From contig OZ286473.1 of assembly GCA_965644265.1 (NCBI GenBank), forward strand, positions 81,592,001-81,656,000: a stretch of 64,000 nucleotides of DNA, given 5' to 3'. This DNA is from Glycera tridactyla (lineage: Eukaryota). A program made the position numbers and the translations under genes. Numbering within the stretch: position 1 is the stretch's first letter; each line of letters opens with the position of its first letter. The notes under the pieces are model-generated. The model did no database searches and was not told where the DNA came from. It saw only the letters and a program-made list of their open reading frames with translations. Below are positions 52,795 to 64,000 of the stretch, one piece after another.

Positions 52795-53394
52795 CTGCTT
52801 CTTTGCTTTTTTAACACATCTAGGCTAAATTGAGACGCCCATGAGATCGTCTTGGATGTGTTTTCTTCCAATTGCTTCTGCTCGACATTCCATGCCTGGG
52901 CGTCTCTATATAGCCCATCTGGTCTTAAAGAGACGCCAAACAATCAAACAATCATTTCAATATTGAAACAGAACTCGATAAATGATATTTGAAAGAAATA
53001 CGATCGAATCAGTATCCTTTCATCTGGTCTGTTAATGAGTCATCAGCACCATCTGGGCTAGATTGAGACGTCCACCAATTATCATGAGTGGCTTCATTTG
53101 AGACTTCCCTGGCGGATGATTCTGACTCACCACACAGACCCACATCTTGTGCCAGGTCTCAGACGCTACACAATTAATTTCTTCGACGTTTGCACGTTCT
53201 GTAGAATATGTCTAAATCCCCTTGTAATTTCCAGGAGAGAAAATGATCGCTCTAGAAAGAACAGATAGAACTGCAGAGACTGTTCACTTGGGCAGTGAAT
53301 GATTCCGTCGTTCTTTCATTGTGTTCCACCTGTCCTGTGAACAGTTGGTTGTTCCACGTCTCGTCAGCTCTATCTGGGCTATATTGAGTCGCCC
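52795..53394. repeat. Cluster of four SINE-tail-like motifs, one inverted
   Basis: GGCTAAATTGAGACGCCC (52823), inverted GGGCGTCTCTATATAGCCC (52898-52916), GGCTAGATTGAGACGTCC (53056), GGCTATATTGAGTCGCCC (53377). Confidence 0.6.
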
Positions 53395-53839
53395 GAACAA
53401 TGGGAACGGGTGAAACTACCCGGGAGGCTTTTTTCAGTATCATTGAAAGAAGAATAAATGATATGATAATACTCTCAATGCTCATTGAGTGACAAGGTAC
53501 ATGTTGCCAACCAGTTTGAGCTCTGCGATAGTTTCAGAAATGTTCATGGAATCCGGAGTGACACCGACACAGAAATGGGCAATGGTCTATATGTAGAGTG
53601 GCAAGACTTTCTAGTGGTTATATCTGTTCAGGACAAAATGAAAGATGGAATAGAGGACCTGAAAATTGTTGATAGCTTGAGTGCATGCATGTAGTAGTGA
53701 CATGTGGTTTGTATTTGAGTGACAAAACCCTGTGATATCCACTATTGGATACACCCACCCAACTAGTCCAAAGCCATGCGTATCCGCCTATACATAGCGC
53801 AACGGGAGCATATCTAATTTCGCGCGATCCTACTCCGAA

Positions 53840-53872
53840 GTTGTTGTTGTTGTTGTTGTTGTTGTCGTTGTT
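53840..53872. repeat. (GTT)n microsatellite
   Basis: Direct reading. Confidence 0.9.
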
Positions 53873-54732
53873 CTACTTGACGCGAGCAATGTATAAACTT
53901 CCTATGAGAGACCGCTTGCAATAAAGTCATCTTTTTCGATGATGTATCTCAACTCAGATACGGACCCCTTGTTTACAGCTATTCGAAATTTCATTGTGGA
54001 TTTTGTTGATCAGTTAGACCAGCTGAGAACATGGGATTAAGGGACTAGATTAGCTGGAAGATGCACTGGATGGATTAGAGAGATTAGTAGGGTGAGAGAA
54101 TAACACTCATCCCGTTATGTATCTTATCATAGAGGTGTGTGCAGCAGCATCTTCAGGTTGCCATGGAGATGAAAGTTGTGCTTCAATTTGGGTCAACTGA
54201 AATAGATCATGGATGTAGATGTGATACTATATGGAAATTAGGTGAGTGAGGCGATCGAAATGAAGAAGAAGCAGAGATAGAAAGGGGGATGTACAAATGG
54301 ATGGATGGAAAGATGAGTGGATGGATTTATGGATGAATTAATGGACAGACATACAGACAGACAGAAAGAAACATAGATAGATGGACAGNNNNNNNNNNNN
54401 NNNNNNNNNNNNNNNNNNNNNNNNNNNNNNNNNNNNNNNNNNNNNNNNNNNNNNNNNNNNNNNNNNNNNNNNNNNNNNNNNNNNNNNNNNNNNNNNNNNN
54501 NNNNNNNNNNNNNNNNNNNNNNNNNNNNNNNNNNNNNNNNNNNNNNNNNNNNNNNNNNNNNNNNNNNNNNNNNNNNNNNNNNNNNNNNNNNNNNNNNNNN
54601 NNNNNNNNNNNNNNNNNNNNNNGCTAGATGGATAGTTGAATGGATAGTTGAATAGATAGGGAGATAGACGGAGAGACGAAAAGATAGAGAGATAGATAGA
54701 GAGAGAAAACAAGAGAGATAGATAGAGAGAGA

Positions 54733-54740
<8 letters not shown>

Positions 54741-54771
<31 letters not shown>
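54741..54771. repeat. (AG)n microsatellite within a degenerate GATA/GAGA tract
   Basis: Direct reading. Confidence 0.9.
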
Positions 54772-54777
<6 letters not shown>

Positions 54778-55616
54778 AATGATGAATGGTGGGGTGGGGC
54801 AGGTGGGATAATGTGATTTGTAAGATTTCTGTATTTAGCATTTGATTTCTTGAATCGGCAGTGTTCATCAATCAGTTTTATTCAGTGGTAGGATGGCGAT
54901 AACAATCATTAGGAATGTCTCAATTATTTCGATGCATCAGTCATTTCCATGGCAACCTGAGAGTATGACAGCTGCAAACATGGTTAGTTTGAGGCATGCG
55001 CCATAACAGTGTGACGTATTCGATGACGTCATACTCCAACTTACAGATCGACATCCAGAGCAACATTGTGTGAGGAGATTCCCTTCCTCCGCGTATCCCT
55101 AAAAATCACATACAATCATTTTCAACAAGTCACGCGAATTTCATGGCATATGATACCTGTATTCACTCAGGATAGAATAACACAGGTGTTAGTGAGAAAT
55201 CGAGTGGTTAGTGATTGAAATCGAGTGAGTGAAATCGGAAGAAGAGAGTGTAAAGACACAGGCCTCTTGAGATGCCATGGATCAGGTATATGCGCTCCCC
55301 CTGGTGGTGATTATATGAATCACTCTGAAAAGACGACTCATCAATGTGCTCATACATATATTTTCAGTGTTGTACACACCCTGGAAGTAAGCTGTCCTAA
55401 TCCTGCTATAGTAGTGAGGGACGTTGGTGGATTATGTGTATAAGGAGGGGTAATAGGCATCACATATCTTGAAAGGGATGATGAAACCAATTGAACTTGA
55501 GGTTGTACAAGGGAATACCACATATAAACAATTGGGTGGGCTAACTTAACGTCAGTAAATATCCAGTGTTTTGGGAGATGATATTTTAAGAGAATCTTAT
55601 CCCTATCTCATTTCAG

Positions 55617-55829
55617 TCAAATATCGGGACAAAGACGAAGATGTACCAGGTTGCTATGGATTTTCCAGAAAACCCTAGCAACCTGACACATAGACTTCCA
55701 GTTCCTTGTTATCAATACTTTGCTGAAAGTCATCGGATTGGTATGATAACTTATCGCGGTAAAATACAGGAAGTCATCCAGATAATGGTCGATATTTGCT
55801 TTTAATCCTACTACAATGGCCGCTTCCAC
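55617..55829 (-). mobile_element. Possible reverse-transcriptase relic (DIRS/Ngaro-like HYLDDFL)
   Basis: The short ORF contains IDHYLDDFLYF, resembling the RT YxDD catalytic motif in the HYLDDF context of tyrosine-recombinase retrotransposons. Other RT motifs were not found. Confidence 0.3.
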
Positions 55830-57230
55830 GCTGCGCCCAACGCGTCAGATTTTGGATATATATATAAGCGAATCGAACCAAAACATCCATACTCTCTCAA
55901 GATTATGTCAGATCTCTCCAGATCTAGGACATTATATCAATGATCGGACGTACCACTATGTTTATATCGATGCATTTCAGTGTCTAATGTTCAAAAGTTC
56001 CAGACGGTATCATCGAAAGTTGGTGGTATGATAACTATTCGTTATATGGAGAGGTTGTATGAAATGGTATACCTGCCAATAGAAGACATTGCTTCAAGCG
56101 TGGTAATGAATATTTTTTCTCTGCCATTGCTTTGGCCACCACCTCGGCGACGAGGGTATTCGGATTTGACGAATAGCACCATTATCTAGCACATATTCAA
56201 TCCATTTCGAGAGTAGAAATTGATCCACAAATCTATCATAATTGACCCTAGGTTGTTTGTACCAACGGACAACTACAAGGAATTATGAAAATAGCACTAC
56301 GTGTCATTGGTGACTACAAGCATCTATATATATCCAGGACGGATATTCACCATGATGATGGAATCAGGGTCCTAGGTCCCTTACCATTGCGACTGAGGTG
56401 TTGGCTTCCATGGCATTATTGCAAGATGACATATACGGTGATATTGCAGTCATAATGTAATGACACACGCTGAAAATGGTAAATAACTAACTATTTTTCA
56501 AATTATGTACTCACTGTTTGATCTCATGGATGGTGTGGGTTTAATTCTACTCAAGACAAAGCACACGCAAATCAATGTGAATGACCTTAGATTCTCCATT
56601 CATTGTCTTACATCCCTTGTCAAAAGGTCACCCATTTTGATTCTCTGTGGGCTTGGACTTCAGTAAAAAAAACCTGCAGAGCTTGTCAAGCATCGTAGTG
56701 TAGTCTGAAGGACGAATAAGTTTTGTTGATAGTTGACCTGCAAATTTGAATCTACGCGCCAAAAATGCTAATGTGTAGTAACGCGCTTGAAATATTGTGT
56801 AAACATGTGAAAAATGTATTTATGCCGTACGAGAAATTAATGTGACTGCGAAAAATGTACTTGAAACGATGGTCTCTTTGAAAGAATGGAAAAGAATGAG
56901 AAATAAAATTTGCGGATGTAAAGATAGATTTTTCAAACACATGGATTGCATCGAGAAAATAGGGAAAGAAATTCACAACACCGAAAGTAATTGTCTACGA
57001 GGGCCGGGATGCTAAAAGATCTGATTTTGATAGAATGGAAGCAATAGCTAGTGCCGCGGAGAGATTGGAAGTACTAGAGGACTCCCACAAGTTGTCCACT
57101 GGCGCTGAAAGAGCAGAAATAGAGCAAGCGCCATCTAGAAGTAAACGGTGCAGCGTATAGAGAGTGATTAGCGGCTCTAGGTGGAGCTAGCAGTATGAAT
57201 AAGTATCGCCAGGTGGCGTGACATGTGTAC

Positions 57231-57628
57231 CTGATCCATCTGGTTCTCAGGATCGCCGATGTCTTTTCTGAGCGGCGGTGGGCGACGTACCGGCTTGATC
57301 GTTCGCACCTCCTTACGTGATATCACGTTGACAACTGCGAACTCTAGCAGAGACGCGAACACGAACACCAGGCACATGGACATCCACACATCCATGGCCT
57401 TAATGTAGGAAACACGGGGGAGTGAAGACCGTGCGCCGGTGCTCTGTGTGGTCATAGCTAGCACTGTCAGCAGGCCAAGTGAAACCCTCGCAGGGATCGC
57501 GTCGATGTTAATCCAGAAGGCCACCCACGACAAGATGACAATGAGGATACTTGGTATGTAGACCTGGATTAGAAAGAAACCGATGTCTCGCCGCAGCATA
57601 AAGCGAATCTCCAGGCACGGGAAAGCAC
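57231..57628 (-). CDS. Same channel gene, exon encoding end of loop C, M1, M2, M3 and the proximal M3-M4 loop
   Basis: Acceptor gtttgtttgcag, donor CAG|gtacac, 398 nt, phase 1 to phase 0. Reads [132 protein letters not shown]. The PAR motif before M2 is the established anion-selectivity signature. Confidence 0.97.
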
Positions 57629-58288
57629 CTGCAAACAAACATACGCCATAGGATTAGTTGGCTGTTTCTGGGGTGACGTCACATAAGCGCCATCTTTGCT
57701 ATTTTGTGACGCACATATAATGAGCAAGGGTGCGGGATGACCTCATCACTCTAGTTGTAGACATGACTGTTCGATTTCACTCGTCATTTCCCGTCGTAAT
57801 TCACTTCTAGCCCAGAAGATATCAGACAGATAAACAGATAGCCTGATAGACGATATAGAGAAACCTAGAGCCATCAGTCCCAACAAAAATTATGGTCAAA
57901 TCCAATCTGGTCAGCAGTGAGTTCCGAGTGAATCCCAGACGATGTGGTCAAGCAGCTATCTTGGGAATTCCTGGATAGTGATGGTGTGTTCGCTGGGGTC
58001 ATTCAGAACTCGCTCTTCTGTGCCCCCGGAATTCGAAAATTCACGAAACTCACAGTCACTCAAGGTGTCCTTTCTGGTAGGATGGGATAATGTAACATTT
58101 GTATCAACCCAGATGATTATGTATGCCGTGTGTCCATGGTCAATGATAGCTAGATGTTCTGTCCCCTGCCGGCACCACTTACACAAAACCTGAACACAAG
58201 ATGATGGGAGCTCGAAAGGTCGTCAAGTGGAAGTAGCTGACAGACACACCTCTATCTAATCAACTTAGTTTTGAGAAGATCGACTCAC

Positions 58289-58420
58289 CTGCAGTATAAT
58301 TCTGCGAGCAGTCATAGAGGATGATATCTTGTAGTGTAAACTGGGGTAGTTGGACACCCTTATCCACGTCCACGGGGGCGTCTAACCACGCAAAATACAT
58401 TGTGTCCATGGTATAACCAA
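58289..58420 (-). CDS. Cys-loop ligand-gated chloride channel subunit (GlyR/GluCl-like), extracellular-domain exon (loop B to loop C)
   Basis: Acceptor ccaatttcag, donor G|gtgagt, phase 1 to phase 1, 132 nt. Reads (F)GYTMDTMYFAWLDAPVDVDKGVQLPQFTLQDIILYDCSQNYTA(G), aligning to the GlyR alpha FGYTMNDLIFEW...LPQF...YCTKHYNTG segment. Not in the ORF track. Confidence 0.95.
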
Positions 58421-59665
58421 CTGAAATTGGATAGGCAGACAGCGATCAGAGCCACTTTACTTGTGATTACAGACCTCATCGTTGGCGATACCTGACCTCT
58501 ATGACCTTGTCTCGTGCAGCACACATGTATACAATGTAATGTTCATATCACAATTAAATCGATTAGTACATATATCCAATAAGCTGGGTTACCGAATACT
58601 GGAAAAACGGATTGGTAGGTTGATTGTTCTACGTCCAATTATCACCATCTGGACTATATTCAAATCCTCATGCAATTGACATGGTTGGGATCACTCAGGA
58701 CTTCCACTTCAGGGTCACCGACGGGAGGTGAAAGTTCATGAAATTGTCATACATTAAAGGGGATACATTAAATGTTATGTGTATTGCCGCAAATAATATG
58801 AATTCATGTTAGTATCATACATTTTTTTCGAAGAGAAAATATACATGGTGTGCTGCAGGGACACTCATCAGACATTGACAAGATACAAAGACAGAACATG
58901 GTTGATGTCATACAGGGCAAGGTGTCGCCTTACTAAAACATATAAGTCTATGCAGGCTGAGAGAAAGAGAGCCAATGACTCCACTCACCCTCACCCCTTC
59001 TTCTAAAGACAACATGAACCAGAGGTATTACAGGCACCCCGTACATGAAACATTCCAAGATTAGCATGCATTGCTGGTTGTCAGCAGACGCTCATCAGGC
59101 AATTTTTCATGATGGCCAAGATGTTGCGCCACCTCTGGTGTGGGGCGCCTCCAAGTGACAGTGGGAGAGTACCATTAGTACGATTCACCACCGCCGTGTG
59201 ACATGACGGAATAGTTCCCCGAGGGGGTCTTGTCACCGGGCGAAGGTCTCTTATCTTTATCTTTATTGTCACCCAGGGACAGTACATGCATCGTTCTTAA
59301 TTGTATGTAAATCGTAGAAGAATGCTGAAGAGGACAAACAGGAATATGAACTTGCAATATGCATATCCGTGGTAATTTGTGAATAAATTATAATGCCCTC
59401 AAGCATGGTGATTGGTCGTATACAGGGTGATAATACATTCAATCATAACAAAGAAAAAAGGGCCCAGTATATTTCCACTTTCTTCATCAACTGAGGTCGG
59501 TGCATGACCTAATAGTGAGGTATTTCTCTTACTTCAAAACAAATCTGTCATTCAAAGGAGATGACATATCTCAATCTAGATGTAGGCGCTTTGGCCTTCT
59601 TTGGTCGAACTTTATTGTTAATTCAATATTCGAATAGAAAAAGAACTTAATTGCATCGCTTGCAG

Positions 59666-59666
<1 letters not shown>

Positions 59667-59721
<55 letters not shown>
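59667..59721. repeat. (TA)n microsatellite
   Basis: Direct reading. Confidence 0.95.
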
Positions 59722-59725
<4 letters not shown>

Positions 59726-62700
59726 GTTGCCACGGATGGCAGACATCTTATATGTATAACAGTTACCTACTGCTTCAATATCATTCATAGTAACATGTTT
59801 GGATTATTCAGGGAAGTCTCTAGGGTGAAGTCTTCTGTACTGCCCACATCGACAGATAATACTTACAATTGGCCTGGTGTGAATCGTTATACAGAAAATG
59901 AAAAACATAATCGGGGAGGGGGCAGGGGTAGCAGTGAGCAGCTGATTTGTTTACCAAGTCATCAACTGTCTGTTTGAGTAACTTCAAGACCGCTGATGGC
60001 AAGCCTATTAGAAAGAATTATCCTCTTTATCTATGAAAAACTCATTCCAAGAGGGTAGAAGTAACGATGCTTTCTGGATCATATCTTGATCCCCTTGAGC
60101 CATACTTTCAAGTAGAAGATCAGGCACCATTTCACGTTCGAGCAGTTACTCATAATGAAAGGAAAGTGCATCTAATCTAAAGTGAAAGAAAGGAGCACAA
60201 TCACTAACAACTTGGTATGTGCCAAATCCCACTTTGGAGAATATCTTATCCATCATCAATTGAATATCAAGTCAACTGCAAAGTCACAATGGGCGTTGTA
60301 ATTCCCAAATGTAACAATATATCAAATAGCCAACAAACGAGTTTCAATATAAGATCTCTTTCCCAGTGGTATGGATAACCGTGTCAACTAAAGAGAATTA
60401 ATAGCGATTCTTTACATTTGAATTGAGGTAGAGTATATCAAATCATATCAGAATTGTCCTTAATCTTCACAGACCTCCTGAATATGAAGGAAGAGTACAG
60501 TTCTAGTAAGCCACCAGTAAATAAAACTTGGTATATATGGGGCCAACCTGGAATATAATAGAAATGAGATGCTTCGTCTTGCGAAGGATAGTCCATCAGC
60601 ACTTTTGATATATGATGGAGTTACTGGTCATGCTCCCAATTAGGAATTGACCACAGTTGAATTTGTGATCAGATATTGCATCTCACAATAATATGTACTA
60701 CAATGATCCATATCTAGTTCAGTAATACAGTTAGTGCCTTGTATCCAACTCCCCCAACGTCTTTTTTCTTTTTTCTGTCAATGATTTATGTGTACATGGA
60801 ACTCAGCATGGCACGTTCGATTCTTAAGACACAGCAAACAGGACTATTTCTCTACATGGATATCAAAATATCTTTCATAGCTCATGCATTACGTTGCTCC
60901 ATGGAATGGCATCTTGGTTGAATTATGGCCATTTAAACATGGAATGATAACATCATCAATTTTGTTGAAGATGTATGTGTATGTACACGTAATGTATGTG
61001 TGTAATACACAAAATGCATATGATTTGATTATGTATGTGTGTGTGTGTGTGGTGTGTGTGTATGCATATGTGTATCTTGTTGTGTATATGGATAGTTTCA
61101 TGGGCAAGTGAGGGTATTTTAGGAACTATCAACATGGGAAATGGTACTGTACTGCCCGATTACAAAAACAAATGAGGAAGAAATGATGATGGGCCAAAAT
61201 AGATTGTGCCATGAATATTGCTCATGCTAAATTTGCCAGGCAAAGGTGAGTGATATAAATACATTTCGAAATAGAGGACGCATTGATTTGAAAATAAGGA
61301 TGGTATGATGGTATATTGGTATGAAAGAATTTCGTCTGCTGGTCAAAGAACATTATCCACTCGGCTAGCATATCATTTATAGTCTTCTGTAATTCAGATA
61401 TACTTCAGTATTATCGAGTTTAGGTGGCGAACTTGCGCAATTTGCACTGGCTCAAATAGTCCAAGCTCAATGATAGGCTTACCCTTGGCTGCGATCTTTA
61501 CCACCTTCATTGATCTTTTAATTGTATTGGTCAGTATATTCCCCATTTAGAGTAAGAAATACTCGGGTGGAGCCAATACCTTTGTAAATCGATCATGGGT
61601 AAACTAGCATCAGTGTTTGATTGAGTGAAATCAGTCTAGGGTTCAGTGGTAATTTATCAAGATATGATCCTGCTTTTCTCCCAAATTAGAATTGGAAGAA
61701 ATACAAGTTCGCCACTTGTATCTTGTATTTGATAGGCACTCCAATTTCATGATCCATGTTTGGGTAGTTCGATATCTACACAAGTTTACATGTCACATTT
61801 GCCATTATGTAGCATGTGGATGGTTCTACATCTCAACAAATCATGACACATAACAAACAAAACAACCAAACTAGAGGATCTGCCTGTAGAATTTGATCAC
61901 CTCAGCACTTAGAACTTGTGCTCATTTGAGATGACATTTTATCTTTCCAAACTGGCTTTCAGAAAGTGTGTATGTAATCTGACATCACACTGTATATGCA
62001 GTGGGATTTCTAGTTCACAAAATTCTTTAACCGGCAGTATTTTGTCGAGGGCTTTAAGGGAGAACCTACAAGCAGATCTCTCAGTTGCAGTACAGTGAGT
62101 ACACTGTCCAAGTGATCTTTCCAGCTTGCAACAACCAATTTCATCATTCGTAATTGGTGCATGGGATATCTCATATTGTGAACAAATTATACACAATACA
62201 GGAGGGATTGAGAGTACGAGGGAGTGATTTCTCACTATGTTAGACACACGGTGAATGGGTGACCAAACTTCAGATGGTAGGATGTTTCAAATTATACTAT
62301 ACAGATATCCTGAAGAAGTATTTTCACAATCTCATTTGTTTATTGAAAAGCCCATGCCATATTTCATCAATAGTATGCAAGCTGGAGTTATGCCAACAAA
62401 AAAACATAGAATTTGCTGTTTATTTGGATGTGATTACTGGTGGAAATCTACTTGCATTGTTATCATTTCTCTAGCAATCACATCTCTTCACATATTCTAT
62501 GCATTTTCATTGGGCAGGATTTATCACCACAATAAACAGTATGTTGGCTAAAATGAGATCTGACAGTGTATATAGAAATGATCAAAGTTCAAACAGATGA
62601 CGTCATCAGAATCATTCACATAAAAGTAGGAACGATGACATCATCATATTGTACTCAAACCATCAAAGTGTACTCTGTCGCGCTGTCAAGGTCATCAACA

Positions 62701-64000
62701 GAAAGTGTGAATGCAGGATGTTTGTCCAGTTGCTGGACTGTATGTATATGAAGAGTAGATTGGCCGAGCTACATGGCCTGCAAACTCATGTGTCTATTTG
62801 CCAATTACATATATATGCTGATATATGCATTTGCACATATCAGAGTTGCTCTGCTTGGAAGGTACCTACTTTCTCTCTGGACTGAATCTCAGCATAAGTG
62901 AATATTCCGATCAAAAACATTGAAACCTCGTGAAATCTCACCTCGTCAAAGTTACCGTTAGCTGAGGCTGACAACTTCTTTTAGTGTATACTGCTTCATC
63001 CAATCCAACTAATCATTTTTCATGTGAAGACCTATGATTTGTGACAGTCTAATTTTATCCAATCCTTATATAATCCGAAAAAAAATTAGCTCACAGAACA
63101 TTGAACTCCCCCCCCCCCCAACAACAACATCTTTCAAGACTACGCCATATTGTATTTCACATATACATCGCTATGAATTTTCTCAATACTTGCTTGGAAA
63201 GATGACTGATAAGTCTGGTATTATGCTATTATTTGTTGCGCCAGAATTATCCTGCATTATATTCTATTTGAGTGAAATTGTTACTTTCAAATTCAAATCA
63301 TCCTTTTCAGAGTGTATTCAATAATATTTTGAGTCGATTGACAATGATTTCAGTCATGAAATTCCTTATACATAGTTATAGAGCACTAGGAATCCTGACT
63401 AAAAAATTAAGCCTGGAAGTGAATATCTCTACTTGGAAGATGAGTCCTGAGAGGGAATCGGTGGTTGTAACCTGCATCTTACATTATCAATCAAAAGAGG
63501 ATTGGAAGAATACCACAAAAATTACCCTTCTTGTCATTCCATTGTAAAGATAATGGTATGAATCAAAATGCCTCATTTCTCCACTATACAAAATACATGG
63601 ACTTTTCGATTCGAACTCTGAAAGGAGTGATCATTCATCAAAATCAATGTTTGCTTTATCATGATCAGGCCATACACATACAATTTGTTGGATTATTGGG
63701 TGCCTCGGTGTTTATAATCATTTTTGCGGTAGGCACGTTTTTTTCCCATGTATCTGATGAAAACCTTCAAATCTTGTATTGGTTTCGAATGTGAAATGCT
63801 TGGTCCTTATTCTTGTTGGTGTCTAATCCCCAATACTTAAAAGTAAAAAAGGCTATCCATGAGAGATAAATGAAGTATATATATTTCATGTATATGCAAT
63901 CCGCATTTGAGTTTCCTCACAATATCAAGAGGAATGTTATATATGATATATGAAAATGTCTCTAATAAGAAAACTGTATGACTGTGCATTCAAAGATTAT

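Noticed and set aside
53042-53074. TCAGCACC...GAGACG resembling a REST/RE1 silencer in a neuronal gene
   Set aside because: The right half and spacing do not match RE1 (TTCAGCACCnnGGACAGCGCC). The copies are preceded by (TTGG)n tails and one is joined to a tRNA-like head, which fits a SINE better.
53131-53198. 68-nt segment with minus-strand acceptor- and donor-like sites in the first variable intron
   Set aside because: It has a stop in the phase-0 frame required by the M3 donor, its length is not a multiple of 3, and it lies inside a repeat cluster.
12599-54871. Long track ORFs spanning N runs (gaps at 12778-12937, 13346-13718, 22944-23112, 31263-31606, 31939-32286, 39886-40017, 52136-52286, 54389-54622)
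   Set aside because: They are open only because Ns contain no stops, and the flanks are simple repeats.
57956-58186. 76-aa minus-strand ORF between the two constitutive exons as a coding cassette exon
   Set aside because: It is out of phase with the upstream phase-1 donor, ends in a stop and has no pLGIC similarity.
58421-64000. Upstream Cys-loop (CPM...FPMD...C) exon of the channel
   Set aside because: I searched the minus strand by eye and did not find it. It is presumed to lie beyond the window end.

Overview
Animal (invertebrate, probably lophotrochozoan) genomic DNA, AT-rich, with microsatellites and eight short N gaps. Most of the window is the 3' part of one minus-strand Cys-loop ligand-gated anion channel subunit gene (glycine-receptor/GluCl-like). 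Two constitutive exons are visible: 58289-58420 (loop B to loop C) and 57231-57628 (end of loop C, M1-M3, PAR anion filter). The more 5' exons appear to lie beyond 64000. The standout feature: instead of one terminal exon, the single M1-M3 exon (phase-0 donor at 57230) is followed by EIGHT tandem, intact, phase-0 paralogous terminal exons, named A-H in transcript order (47749-47940, 43439-43624, 42929-43120, 33523-33678, 30006-30179, 26398-26574, 23826-24017, 8114-8302). Each encodes a different distal M3-M4 loop, M4 helix, C-tail and stop, which is the architecture of a mutually exclusive last-exon array. Partial copies and a complement of a donor-proximal 23-nt block sit near several of these exons and are candidate selection elements. 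Also present: a tRNA-headed SINE family, a foldback hairpin, dense TGACGTCA clusters, a stop-depleted decayed reading frame, and one candidate exon of a downstream gene. All coordinates, translations and counts were read by hand.
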